A stretch of DNA of 64,000 nt from the NCBI GenBank assembly GCA_964016885.1, contig OZ024742.1, forward strand, positions 172,360,001 to 172,424,000, given 5' to 3'. Under the pieces are notes generated by a model. It was not told where the DNA came from. It did no database searches and saw only the letters and a list, made by a program, of their open reading frames with translations. The stretch comes from Eledone cirrhosa. Lineage: Eukaryota. The position numbers were made by a program, and so were the translations under genes. The first letter of the stretch is position 1. Each line of letters begins with the position of its first letter. Below are positions 28,286-41,627 of this stretch, piece by piece.

Positions 28286-30090
28286 GTTTAAAACTTTGTT
28301 TGTTTTGTGTTAAATAATTATATTTTGGGTGTGTTTATTTTATGTATGTGTGTTGTATCTTATGTGTATGTGTAAATGACATTGTAGGTGTTCCTATTTT
28401 ATGTATGCTTGTTGAATCATGAATGTGAATTCGGTGAGTGTATGAAATGAATATGTTTATCTTGTAAATTGCCTGTGATCGCCAATATGAAGTGTAGTGG
28501 GTGTGTATGTTGTATTGTGAGTGCGGAACGTTTGTGTGTGTGTATTTTATGTCATGAATATGAAATGTGTGACTGTATGTGTTGTGATATTGTAAATTTG
28601 GAACCTACGACTCTGTGTTTGTTGTATTGTGAGTGTGAAACTGTTTTGTGTATGTGAATCTTTTGTGTGTAAGGGTGTGTGGGGTTTGCCAAATTATGGT
28701 AGCTGACTAGATATCATTGAATATTGTATTTCATCTAACTACACCTGCTGCTGCTGTTGCTTAGAAAACTGCATTAAAATTTCTAGTTTATGAGTAGAAT
28801 ATATCTTATCTTTTGTAGTAGTCTGTTACATGGCGGAGGCACTCTGATTTAATATGGCAACTGGGGGGTAATCACGCATGTTAATAAAAAATGTAGCATG
28901 GTTAACCGTAGGGGACTTTCCACATATTTTATTGCAGTCGAACATTGATTCGCTACTATTTACAAACTATTAGTTGTTATAAAATGTGAGGTCCTTTGTT
29001 TGGCATTCTTTGTTGTTGTTGTTGGTGGTGGTATTGTTGTTGTTAATGTTGTTGCTACGATCTTTTTTTGTTAACAAACAGCGACTAGAAAACATGGCAG
29101 TCACGCAAGACATCAATAAATCGATAATTTATCAGTGGAGAGATCGAGTAAACAGTTTGGAGAACGTCAGGTAATGCTTGGTTTCTAATGATTGGTTGAG
29201 GTATATATTTTTTGTTATTTCATTTGTTTTGTGACTTTTTTTTAGTTATTTATTATTTGAATGGTGGCGTGGCGGTGTAATTATTAACCGTATGGGAATA
29301 GTAACAACAACAACACATCAACATATCAGAAGCATAATTATGAAATTTCGAGATAAAGGTCATTTCGCGTGAACTGGAGCTTCAACGATAAATAGAACAA
29401 AAAAATAACCAGAAAAAATATTAGCGTAACAGGAGGAACAATAGTAATACCGACAGCAGATACTACTACTACTATTACTGCTACTAGAAATACTACTACT
29501 ACTACTACTGCTGCTGTTGCTTCTACTAACACCAAATGCAATAATAATAATTATAATAATAAAGAAAAGTAGCATGATTCGAACGTCAGTGAAATGAGGC
29601 CTTTGATGTGATTATGTTGTAGGTCAGCCAGTCTTATTTGACCTTCAGCATGCACTGTATTCCATGGTAACCCCTGATCAAAGACGGTTACAATCACGCA
29701 ACATAATGCAGTCAATATGTTCTGATTTGATTTTGAAGGATTCTGAGTCACTCACTATGTTTGCATGTTGTATCACTAAGCTTTCCGTTTGTTTTCTGTT
29801 TTCGTTATTTACCGTACAACTTCTTACCTCTGCAGTATCAATGCAAAAGGATTTGTTTGATTCAATATTCACACAGCAAAAGCTATCAGTAACTACACAT
29901 GCATATATGTGAACGTATTTTTATTTCGATGCAAACCGTGCAAGTTTCCATTTAAGAAGATATCAATTCATGCCGTTGTTATTTATTCACTACTTACAAA
30001 TTGTTTTGTTGTTTTCCCTTCTGTATATTATATTCTCTTAAGAACTGACATATGTTATTTCTGCTGTTTCATACGTAAACCTGCTTTCTC

Positions 30091-30183
<93 letters not shown>

Positions 30184-30883
30184 ATTGAACTACCCCTTTG
30201 TTTCCGTCTTTAGGTTTCCTCCACATTTATTCTTTGATATATCCTAAAAGGCAATTTGTCAAGTATATCTGTGGAATTTAATCATTCATAAATATATTAT
30301 GAATAGTTCTAAGCTAGCACTAACTTCGTAAAGACTAAACACACATTTACTGTTATTGTGAGAGGAAAACAAAGTGAAAAATACCATTGCTGCAAACAAA
30401 TACATCTGAATTAACTTGGATGCATGTATCGCTATGTTGTTATGAAGCTTTTTGAGAATTCATGAGATTAGTAATTTCCTCGCTTTGTGTACCGCGTTGT
30501 ATTTTCACATAGGACAAGAGGCACATATAGGTTAATCGTCAAACTGATAGTGGCGGAGACCTATGGCGTCTCACATCTGCCTCGTGATAGATTTGTCTAT
30601 TTAATACGATGGAGAAAAGAATCCGTCAGAACCAAGCCCCATGCAATGGATTGATTCTTTGTGTTCCTCAGTAATCAGGAGGGTGAGGCAAACCCAGTTC
30701 TGCACATTACAGCCATTCTGTAATAAATACAACATATTTTGCAAAGGGTATGTTTAATTATAATATAAAACCAGTTACTTTAGTCTATGTGACTATCCAA
30801 ATTATATAAACTTTGTATAATCATCACCAATATTACACTTTCTTTTATTTTTATTCTTTAACTGGAATCATATATATATATGA

Positions 30884-31090
30884 AAATGTTCAAGAACCCG
30901 ATGGCAGAGATTAAGCCGTTTCGACGGCTATTTCTGGACGATTGGACCAGAAATAGCCGTCTAAACGGCTTGAGCTCTGCCGTCGGGGTCTTGAACATTT
31001 CATATTACTCACTCTACTACCCTATGTATTGTGTACTCTGGTACGTTATGGTCCACCTATTTCCTTACCACACTTCCTTCGTTATATATA
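30884..31090 (+). mobile_element. Family A fold-back unit
   Basis: Inverted arms centred ~30940, a right tail ending ccacacttccttcg, and TA flanks. Confidence 0.75.
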
Positions 31091-31899
31091 TCTACTATAT
31101 AAATTGGAAGTGGTCGGAAGTTGTATATCTAAGTGTAGTCGGATAAACGTCGAAATGGCTTGGTGGAATGCAGCGAAAATTTAAACCCTTATGCAGAATG
31201 ACCCGAGGAAGCGTTGGTTCGAGCTTAAAGCTACAAGCTTCCATGGTTACGGAGAAAATTGATGAAACAGGACTTTCCCATTCAAATTGAACTGAGAGTA
31301 ATCTGTGAACGCAGAAGTAAATATTTCGAGACGCGTTGCAACCGAAGGAAAACAGGAAGACGATATTTTGGTTCAGGAAGACGTTCCCTGGCAATGAACG
31401 GAAAAAAGCGAGGATAATACGTCGTTATGTGGACCGAAAAAGAACAATTTCATGCAAAGACAAGACCAAGTTTATGGTATAAATGTAGTCGTTAGACTAA
31501 TATTCTATTTAAAATAACAGAATGATTTCCAGCCCCGGAGTTTAAGAATGATGTAAATAAAATTGAACACGAAAATGACAGAGGTTATTAAAATAGTAAA
31601 AGTAAATAGTGAAGATTTAGGCCAGTACATACGTATGCCCCGACGGACATGTACATACATACGCACACACAAATACATACACACCCACAAACACACACAC
31701 ACACACACACGCACACGCGCGCGCGTATGTATAAACTTTATGCATTTCTACAGTATTTTCACCAAAGTTAAGACATAGGTTACTTATGTACTCCGGATGG
31801 TCATGGGCACTTTCATTTTTCCAGATATTGATTATAGGTCCTCCCAGCAGATAACCCCCTTTAACCACTTCCTTGGAGTCGACTGAAGCACTGCTGTGC

Positions 31900-32151
31900 A
31901 ATGCAACAAAACGTCATAACGTCTGGAGTTCGCAACCGATTTTAACAAAACTTGACACATGGGCTACGTTTGTCCTACAGATGAATGGGAACTCTCAGAA
32001 TTGGCACATATTGAGTAGAGGACTCCTGGGGGCTTTTGGAAAAAGCCGATGATTTTGTAAAAGTATAGTTTTCGAAGCACTGAAGTATTGACATAAATGG
32101 TATACAACAACTGCTATTTAATGCCCGAGCAAGGCCGGGTACCTCTGCTAG
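31900..32151 (+). mobile_element. Non-autonomous Helitron-like 3' end
   Basis: Hairpin gcccg-agcaaggc-cgggt at 32123-32140, then CTAG at 32148-32151 followed by T. The 5' end was not located. Confidence 0.6.
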
Positions 32152-32838
32152 TATATTTATATATATATGGAGACAAAAAAGATTATTAGAAAGAAAAATA
32201 TTTGTTTTCCCGTTATTTTTTTCTCATTTTCTGGATTAGAAAATGTTTAAAATAAATTATTTTACTTTGTGTGAAGTGTCAAGGTATTAATTCATTTATT
32301 TATTAATTGACAATAGCATTGATTTATTTATTAATTAATTAATTTATTTAATAATTATCAATTACCGGTTTCAGCATTTTATGCATTATCAAATTATATG
32401 AGTGGGAGAGAAAAAAAGGAATTTGTATTGGTATGAAATGTAGGAGAGAAAATAAGGTGATGTTGAACATGTTATTGAAATGGGAAACAAAGAATAATAT
32501 TATTTACAAACAAGCTATTTGATGTCACAATAAGATGATATGAAACATGATAAGGAAATGAGAAAGAAAGAATAATATTATTTACAAGCATGATTTTTGA
32601 GAATGAGCAGTTCAAACAATGAAAGAAAGAAAGGAAGTCACTCACTATATATATATATAACGAAAGAAACGTGGTAAGGAACCAATTGGACCATAACGCA
32701 CCAAAGTACTCAATACGTTTTAATCATTTTCTAACCCAGAAATAAGAGAGAGAGAAACAAAAAAAAAAAAAAAAATATATTTTTCTTCCTAATAATCGTC
32801 TCTCTCTCCCTGTTTTCATATATATATATATTTATATA

Positions 32839-32872
<34 letters not shown>

Positions 32873-32891
32873 TAAATATATATATATATAT

Positions 32892-33102
32892 ATAATATAT
32901 AAGATCAAAGATGGTTAAATGAGTTCCATGTATTTTCTTATGCGCATTTCAAAAATATTATGCGCATAATAAAATACATGGAACTCATTTAACCATCTTT
33001 TGATCTTATATATTATGTATACTCCAGTCCTACAAATTGTAGAGTGCTTCTTATCCGATATCTGCATTGCTTTATTGTACTACAATAAAACTCACCTCCT
33101 AC

Positions 33103-33103
<1 letters not shown>
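32892..33103 (+). mobile_element. Family D fold-back unit (3' part of the 22100 HHR family)
   Basis: Arms 32892-32947 and 32960-33016 match 22150-22205. Right tail to 33103, TA flanks. Confidence 0.8.
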
Positions 33104-33162
<59 letters not shown>

Positions 33163-33237
33163 GTATATAAATTATTGTGAGCGTGAAGCCAACACTATTT
33201 CATAATATATAAGTGACTATAACGTCAAAATATATAT

Positions 33238-33432
33238 AACGAAGGAAATGTGATAAGAAACCAGATGGACCATAACGCACCAAAATACTCAATATTTAGG
33301 GTAGTAGAGTGGGTAATAGGAACAAGCATGACCCTGACGACAGAGCTCAAGCCGTTTCGACGGCTAATTCTGGTCCAGAATTAGCCGTCGAAACGGCTTC
33401 AGCTCTGCCGTCGGGCTCATACTTGTTCCTAT
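33238..33432 (-). mobile_element. Family A fold-back unit
   Basis: Arms 33316-33373 and 33375-33432, with a left tail. A truncated sibling lies at 32659-32720. Confidence 0.8.
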
Positions 33433-33443
33433 ATATATAGATA

Positions 33444-33880
33444 TTGCTGTAGTGGAGTCTGTGCTGCTGTATGGGTCTGAGACTTGGACACTGACCAAGA
33501 AACTCACTCAGATGGTGGATGGGTGCTACACGAGAATGCTGAGGATGACTCTGAACATTAATCAGTATACACTGAGGATGAAAAACTCAGTGCTGTATGG
33601 GAGCCTCCCAAAAGTCAGCTCAAAAGTGACACAGAGGAGACTGAGTTTAGCTGGACATGCTCACCGACATCCAGAGTTGACATTGCACTCACTGCTCCTT
33701 TGGGAGCTCCTACATGGACACACTAGAAGAGGAAGACCAAGGTTAACGTATATTGATGCCCTAAGGACAGACACTGGTCTGTTGGAGATGCAGGACATGG
33801 CAGCGATAATGAGGGACAGAGACCGCTGGAGAGAACTCGTCTTGGATCTCGGGAATTTTATCCGCCTTAGATAGATATAG
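33444..33880 (+). mobile_element. RTE-clade LINE, 5'-truncated 3' end
   Basis: LLYGSETWTLT..RMLR..RRLSLAGH..R..RRGRP..D..RDRDRWR, typical of the RTE RT C-terminus. Confidence 0.85.
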
Positions 33881-34515
33881 TGACTTCCTTTCTTTCTTTC
33901 ACCTTATCACTCCTACGCGCCAAAACGTTTCTCCTTCCCCCACTCTCAATCTTTTTTCTCTTTACTGACCATTGGTCACTTATGACGTGCTTGCAGTCAT
34001 TGACGGCAATTGGTTGTTTTAACAGCTACTCTTACGTTCGAATTCTTCAATTATTTCTATGAATATATATCTGTGTGTGTGTGTGTGTGTGTTTGTGTTG
34101 ATAAGGAACGGGGCGGGAAAGGGAGGAAAGAAATTGGGGAGAAAAAAACACACACGTGCGTATTCAGCGGGCCATCTATATATTTACAGTACCACTAACA
34201 AAACTTAGTTCGTCGTAGGTGTTCTGTATTATTTTTCGTCATCAGTGACATTTGCTCACTCGGTACTTAAACAAGTATAAGATAAATAAGGTAAAATATG
34301 TACATGCTTTTTGTGCAAGAAACGTCGTCTAAAGATACTTATTTGCATGTTGCACAAATTAACGGTATACTTACACCACGACTTTTATTTATACATATAT
34401 ACATATATATATATATATACCAACACTAATATATATATCCTAGAAACGATCGTAAAATGATGAATTTTTCTAATATAAGGAACTGTTTCTTTGTTTTTAT
34501 TCATTATTTTTATTA

Positions 34516-34551
<36 letters not shown>

Positions 34552-34563
34552 GTTATTGTATTG

Positions 34564-34689
<126 letters not shown>

Positions 34690-34822
34690 TTAAAGTTTAA
34701 ACAATGTTCAATGAATAAAGTTTTACAATAGATTAGAAGCACGCCACAAGGTATGGCTTTCCGGAGTTATTAATATTAATTCAAAATATTAACAAATATA
34801 GACATTCGTGTGTTCAAGTATA

Positions 34823-34884
34823 TTTTATTATACATATTTCAGAGGTACTGAGCTATCTTCAACATAAGTCCTCATCAGATAAAA
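34823..34884 (-). ncRNA. Type I hammerhead ribozyme
   Basis: Minus strand: ttttat-CTGATGA-ggact...agtacctct-GAAA-tatgta-TA-ataaaa. Confidence 0.7.
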
Positions 34885-34988
34885 AAACATGATGCTTGAC
34901 ATACGTTGACTATGTAGACTGTTAAAATTCACTGCCATGACTGAATTTTAACCATCTACATAGTGAAGGTATGTCAAGCATCATCTTA

Positions 34989-35051
34989 TTTTATCTGATG
35001 AGCACGTACCGTTGAAGTTAGCTCAGTACCTCTGAAATATGTATAATAAAA
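34989..35051 (+). ncRNA. Type I hammerhead ribozyme
   Basis: ttttat-CTGATGA-gcacgtac...gtacctct-GAAA-tatgta-TA-ataaaa. Confidence 0.7.
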
Positions 35052-35113
35052 TATACTTGATCACACGAGTGTCTATATCTGTTAATATTCTGAATTAATA
35101 TATATTTATATAT

Positions 35114-35178
<65 letters not shown>

Positions 35179-35180
<2 letters not shown>

Positions 35181-35395
35181 TAAGTCAGTACCCCCGAGGC
35201 TGAGCTCCTGTCAATTCAACAGATAGTTCCGAACTGAACCCGAACTGGATTTAGTTTGGAACTAGCTGTTAAAACTGCATGGGCTCCGCCGTCGAGTTCC
35301 CGTTTCCTTCATATTACCAAACTCTACTACCCCAAGTATCGAGTACTCTGGTGAGTGATGATCTAACAGGTTTTTACTGCTTCTATGTCTTTCTT
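35179..35395 (+). mobile_element. Diverged family A fold-back unit
   Basis: actctactaccccaagtatcgagtactctggt matches family A. Decayed inverted arms and TA flanks. Confidence 0.6.
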
Positions 35396-36827
35396 TTATA
35401 TATATATATATATGTATTTGTGTAGGTGTGTCTGTGCGTGTGTGCATGTGTATGAGCGTGTTTATGTGTGTATGTGTGCATATGTGTGAGTGTGTGTGCG
35501 TGTATCAATTGATACTTCCCTTCACCATAGTTTGTATAGGCTATGCGAAATAGTGAGCTGGTGAGCATGCACGCATAAGCACGCACACCAACACGGACAT
35601 GTACATATGAATCTTTGTAATCCAATGTACAGTGAAACAGACACCACTTCCGTTGTCAAGATGTATATAATAATTGATTGACGTAATTCTACAAGCCATA
35701 TCATTTATTAAATATTCATTTTGAGCCTTATTCTAGTGGCATCGTATCATATGTTCAATGCCACCTTCATCATCTTTTTAAATGGTTGTGATATCACACT
35801 AACATCGGTCGCTTCCAAAGTTGAATTATTTCTTAGATTACAATTAGCGTCCTTAATTCGATAGCTATTAACGCAGATAATTAGATCCGCTATCAACACC
35901 ATTAATTAGATCGCTATTAACTCCGCTCTTATTTGCAACATGTATGCTAGAATCGGTAGTGAAGAACCAGTTTGGATCAATATTAGGATCTAAAAATGCA
36001 TACATCAAACCCTCCATACATCATATTGAGCTGGGCCATAGCTCCCTCTTCGATGCCAGCTCTTATTGCCTCAGATCTTCAGAACAGTTTCAATAAATAC
36101 TAGTTCTATATGTGACTAAATATAACGTGCACTACTTATCACTATTGATTACATCTAGCAGGGACTTCCTTCTAAGCCTAAATATAAGAACGTGTCTCAT
36201 TTAACGTAAGGAGGAGTCATGAATCAGCTTAAATGCGCTTCTCCTGCGGGGAAACGTCTCTATTCTGTCCGCCAGGGCCGCGGGAAGGGCAGTGCGAGAG
36301 CCCCCATTTGTTCATAATAGTGAGAGTTGCGGAAAATGAAAGAGGCGGAGGCAGTGACAATGGGAATTTGATTTTATTACGTTCAGTCGTTTTTTTATGA
36401 ATTTTTTGTTTCAGTTTATGCCTATACGTGGATTTCCTTTAAGCACAACCAGATATCTTTTAACTAACAAGCTGAGCGGAGAGGAGCAGCATAAGATATT
36501 TTTTTATGATAAAAACACGAAGAGCGTAACGCAATGTGCAATATAGTGTACGATATGAGTGTCTATTCAGACAAAATGAATCCAAAATCAATAAGACAAT
36601 AGAACCGTGTGGAAATGGAAGCACCAATGGAAACATAAATGTTAAATCTCCGAAGCCGTTTATGAAAGTATTGAAGAAGACAAGAAAACACACTTCGATC
36701 TTCCGACGTGGAAGAGGCTCCTATCAGAAGAAACCAAATCATCATTTTTCTTACCTGTTGTACAAACCTGGCTGGACACAGAACACTGCACAAACATTCT
36801 AAACGTTCTATAGAGTTATGAAATAAT

Positions 36828-36997
36828 TGTTTCTACTTTTGGCACAAGGCCAGCAATTACCCAGTGTATTCCTGGTACTTTATTTTATCGACCCCATAAG
36901 GATGAAAGGCAAAGATAACCTCGGCGGGATTTGAACTCAGAATGGCAAGGGCCGTAACTCTATGCGTCAAAGCATGGCGTCCGACCCTCTACCGATT
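36828..36997 (-). mobile_element. tRNA-derived SINE
   Basis: Near-identical to 44806-44994, with B-box GAGTTCAAATCC on the minus strand. Confidence 0.85.
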
Positions 36998-37639
36998 TGA
37001 ATAAGACATAGATGACGATCATTATTAAGTAATTTCAGTTTCATGGGGAGATAAAACGCCTCCATCCTTTTGAAGGAAAAATAAACACAAATGAGTCTAT
37101 AAATCCTGGAAAACTGTAAGTCCGGTATTGAAAAAAACAACAAAAAAAACACAAGGGATTGACACTCCAAATTCACTATTCTCCTTTTACTTTGCTACAC
37201 TTTTCAAGTTAAATAACACGACGGTTCAGTTTTATTCAAATATTGTAAGCGCGTCCATTGAGAATATCGTTACGATGTTTGCGAAAATGTAAAACAAATC
37301 TTTATCTCCCAGACAGAAATGTTAACTTTTATTTATTTTTATTTTTTTATATAATTGTCTGCTGGTGGATTTTGTATTTTGCTCTATATCTTCACCATTA
37401 ACAAGAGGAAGGCAACGACGACAACAGTGTCATTAACAACAACAACTCTACCATTAACAAGAGGAAGCCAACCTCAGCATCAGTGACTCACGTCAAGTCA
37501 CAAGGTCCTATGACAAACTGCTAGGTTACTCGCATGTGTGCGTGCTGAACTCTGGGTTTTTCCGCTGGGAACAACCCCGTTTTCTCCCCCCCCCTTTTTG
37601 GTACATTCATTCATTCACTCATTCATTTACTAACATTCT

Positions 37640-39760
37640 ACCTCCCTGTGTCTCCCCATCCATGCAGCCCCTTCTTTTCTCTCTTGTTTTCTGACACCTC
37701 CATATATATAGGTGAGCTATGAGGCCCTCTTACCAGCAGTTTCCCTTCCACCCAGACACGCCAGTCACCAACCCCTGATGCCGCTCTGTGCCCCAGTCCC
37801 CGGCCCCACGCCTCATCCCCCATCCCTCCAAGCCAATACCTGCAGCACTTGCTGCACCACTATCAAACGGAAGAGTGGCCGGAACTGTTTGGGGTACGGC
37901 TGCTTCCACCACCTCACCTGCGTTGGCTTGACTCTCTCGAACTTCCAAAGCCCTCGCAGCGTGGAAGTGCAGGAGCGGCCTCTCATGCAAGCAGGTTTTC
38001 TTCAACAGCTGCCCATCGGAACCGGCATCCAGGGACTCCAGGCACCTCATTTTCAAGCTTGACATGAGGAATGCCTTCAACTCTTTACGCTGAGATCATC
38101 TGCTAGGGGCCTGACTCAGCCGAGCCCCCTCTGCCTACCCGCTGGCCTACCTGTCATATGGAGCCCCGAGCATGTTCCTTGCTGCTGATACGGTCATACC
38201 CTCGGCTACTGGGGTCCAACTGGGCGACCCATTGGGACCCCTCCTGTTCGCTCTTGGCATTGACCACATCGACCGGAGTATCACGGCCCCTCTCAGCGTT
38301 TGGTATCTGGATGATGATACGTTTGGCGGGGCCGTACGGACGGTCTGCCATGATCTTCAATCGATGGTTCCTGCCCTGGTGGGAATCGGCCTCCAGGTCC
38401 ACTCGGCCAAGTCGGAGGTGGTGAATGTCAGCTTCGATTCTGCGAGCTTTGCAGCCTCCGTCTTGGACGGGCGGTCAATTTTCTGCTAGGTTAATGTGAC
38501 CCCCAACATGTATGTCTTCATCCGCGGGTCACAGAGCCAGCCGCCGCCCACCGCTCCACCATCAGGCCCAAGCTTCAACAGCTCCAGACGCTCACGAGCC
38601 GACTGGGCTTGATTGACGTTGGCCCAGCTCTCTTTCTGCGGAGGAACTGCTTCGCCATGCCGAAGCTCCTCTATACACTCCGCAGCGCTCCGTGCTACAC
38701 CCAGACATTTCTCCTCTCTGACCTCGATACTTGTACCCGAGCAGCAGCCGAGGAGATATACAGCGTCAAGTTTGACGACATAGGGTGACAACAGGTCACT
38801 TTACATATCAGATATGGCGGCCTTGGCCCATTAGCTCTGCCGGCGTATCTTTCGCCGGTAACCTCATGCCGCGTCCTCGTCAACCGGGTTCTTCAAAACA
38901 CAACAGAACCCTATGTGTTCAGAGAACGTGAGGCAGGCTGTGAGACGTGGGACCGGCTTGAACTTAGCCCAGTAGACGACTCCTTCTCCCCCTCAGACAG
39001 GCTCACGCGCCAGCTTGACCAGCACTGCCTTGCTTGTTTTCGTACGGCCTCCAAATAGCACAGTAGTGCCTGGCTCCATGCCCTGCCCTCCTTCTCCACT
39101 GGCACGCAGCTAGACAACCATAGCCTGCGCATCGGCGTTTCCTGAGGCTCGGCCTCCGGATCTGCCAGCCACACACTTGCCGTTGCGGTTCCACCGTGGA
39201 CTCTTTCGGCCTCCACTCGCTTTCCTCTCGCCCCATTGCCGGCCGCATTCCACGAGATGCTGCCCTCAACGACGTCATTAAACATGGCTTGGACGCTGCA
39301 GGGTTCCCTTACCATCTCGAGCCGGTGGGGATGGATCGAGGGAACGGCAAAAGGCCAGATGGCATGACCATCTTCCCGTTCCGCGGTGGCAACCCCCTCG
39401 TCTGTGATGCCCCTTGCACCGACACTTTCTTCAGCCCCAACCTCGTGCAGTCTGCGACTAACCCTGGTTCTGCTGCACGTCGGGATGAGAGGGCCAAACT
39501 CTTCATATACAGGTCGCTCTCCGACAGGTTTGCACTCGTACCCCTGGCAGTGGAGTCTTCTGGTGTCCTCGGCCCCAGGGCTACCTCCTTATTCACCACC
39601 ATAGACGCTGAGCTGGGCAGCCGCAGGTATGAGCCCCGCGAGTTGGAGTGGCTTTTCCAGCGCGTCTCCCTTGCCGTCCTCCGGGGAAACGCCTTCTCCA
39701 TTCTGTCCGCCGGGGCTGTGGGTGGGCCACATCGCGTACCGTTGTAGTTGTTGTATACAG
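37640..39760 (+). mobile_element. CRE-clade non-LTR retrotransposon (RT + Zn knuckle + restriction-like endonuclease), disrupted and internally deleted
   Basis: FKLDMRNAFNSL, GVQLGDPLGPLLF, WYLDD, GLQVHSAKSE, YGGLG, CRCG..D..GLH, LNDVI, EPVG..R..KRPDG, PLAVESSG, LFQRVSLAVLRGNA. GC-rich relative to flanks. Confidence 0.85.
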
Positions 39761-40589
39761 ATATTAATTCATCAATCCCAATGTCCTAATCCCAATCGTT
39801 GACTTGGCGTATTACTTAAGTTGTCCTTATTAATTTATACATGATCGCTCCTGTTCCATTGAAAAGCGGCACCATTGTAAATCGTTTTCTCTAGGGGGAA
39901 AACATATTACGGGAAAAATGTTATCGAAGGTTTTTATTACTGTTATGAAATTGGCACTTGAAAATGGCTCAGAATTGAGTGAAAATATTTTAAATGTACA
40001 CGGAATGGTCACCCATCAAGAATGGGCATGTTAGTTGATCACACACTCTGTGAAGATCACAACACTGAACGAGTTGATTATCGGTAAATATTATGCAAAA
40101 CTACCATATGTCTTGGGTGGATTATACCATTATTTCAAATAAATAGCCTTATCACCATATTATACCACGCTGATCAGGCTTGGGAATTACGTAAAAAACA
40201 CACGTGTCAATGGGAAACTCAACTAGATACAGGTTGGTCCAAACATTTTGTGTATTGTTCATCGAAAAATTAAATGATCGTTGTTGAAATACACTGAGAA
40301 TCCACCACACACTGCGAGGGCGTTTAAGTTGTGTGCAGTTGTTTACGTACATTCCATTGTTCGCACTAAATGTAACGCAAATAGTAGGATTCTGTTACCG
40401 CTGTTTACCAAGTGACTGCAACCATCCGTACCTCCAGTCATAGATTGCTATACAATTATGTTTAATAATGCCCTCTCTCTAGACACACACTCCTATCACA
40501 CCCAATTTATCTAATCCCTCCTACTTTTTTCCTTTTTTTCTTTCTTTTTCACTGTGACAGCTTCTGATATATGATCTATCTCATGTTTT

Positions 40590-40723
40590 GCAAAGGGCAT
40601 GTGGATAATAAGAATAACACCCCTAAACACAGGGTTAAATCTAAAATTATTATCATTGAATGATACACACACCACGCACTGTCTCACTCCCTCTCATATG
40701 TACATATACACATATACATGTGC

Positions 40724-40782
<59 letters not shown>

Positions 40783-41470
40783 CTTTCTATTTAATATATA
40801 CTCCCATAAGGTTGAGTAAAACTTTAGGAAGTATTCGGCTGCGCTTTCTAGCTACCAGCTTATTCGCCGCCAGGCACCAACCACAAACTTTCTACCTTGA
40901 CCGCTAGCCACGTGATAGTTCTGAGCCATTTTAAATTCATTTCTGGCGGGGATCATGGTAGAAGAAACTTAGCCCAGTCTGGGGTATCTCCTGATGAGTT
41001 CCAAGCCTCGTAGATTTATCAAAAGCCCGGGTATATAAAAAAAGCGGAACGAAATCACCGGTGGTAGAGACTAAGTGAATTTTGGTAAATTTGATGTGCA
41101 TTTTCTTTTTCAAAAGTCTATTTTGTACCTAATTCAATGTAGTTAACTATTTGTCTAGTCAATTTCTACAAGCTAAAATAAATAATTAGATAAGTGTCAT
41201 ATGGCTGTACATCGCAGAAAATAATCTGTATCATTTGTCTATTATTTCTTCATAAGTATATTTTAAACTTATAGCTTCGTTTGAATGATTTGTTTATGTG
41301 GCTGATTTATACTGATTAGGACTGGAAATAATGTATATATTTTATCTAATGGTTCTTCGGGCTTACATTTTTATATATAGCTCTGATTAATAATTATTTG
41401 CTTAATTAATTCTTCATTGAGGCACACCGTGAATGGTTGCTAAACTCATATATGTATCTGTGACTATGTC
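40590..41470 (+). mobile_element. PLE 3' end remnant: GIY-YIG terminus, 3' UTR and HHR-containing repeat
   Basis: WIIR...LN.GLN at ~40602-40640 resembles the WI..L.T..P.GLN terminus. An HHR lies downstream and the unit ends in (TA)n. Confidence 0.5.
40967..41076 (+). ncRNA. Type I hammerhead ribozyme with branched stem I and large loop II
   Basis: acttag-(ccca gtc tggg)gta-tctc-CTGATGA-gttcc-[43 nt]-ggaac-GAAA-tcaccggtgg-TA-gaga-ctaagt. Confidence 0.85.
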
Positions 41471-41507
41471 TAAGTATATATATATATATATATATACCCT
41501 TTGAATT

Positions 41508-41546
<39 letters not shown>

Positions 41547-41555
41547 CTTTGAATT

Positions 41556-41627
<72 letters not shown>

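Larger units (their letters stand above)
34700..35100. mobile_element. Fold-back unit with an HHR on each arm
   Basis: Imperfect inverted arms ~34773-34930 and ~34942-35100, left tail 34700-34772, (TA)n flanks. Confidence 0.85.

Noticed and set aside
36273-36800. CAGGGCCG hAT-like terminus with a downstream ORF
   Set aside because: No matching opposite terminus or clear transposase motif.
39800-40460. Possible decayed PLE thumb/GIY-YIG (NGHP, KLPYV, VVY)
   Set aside because: Motifs are too short and scattered to call.
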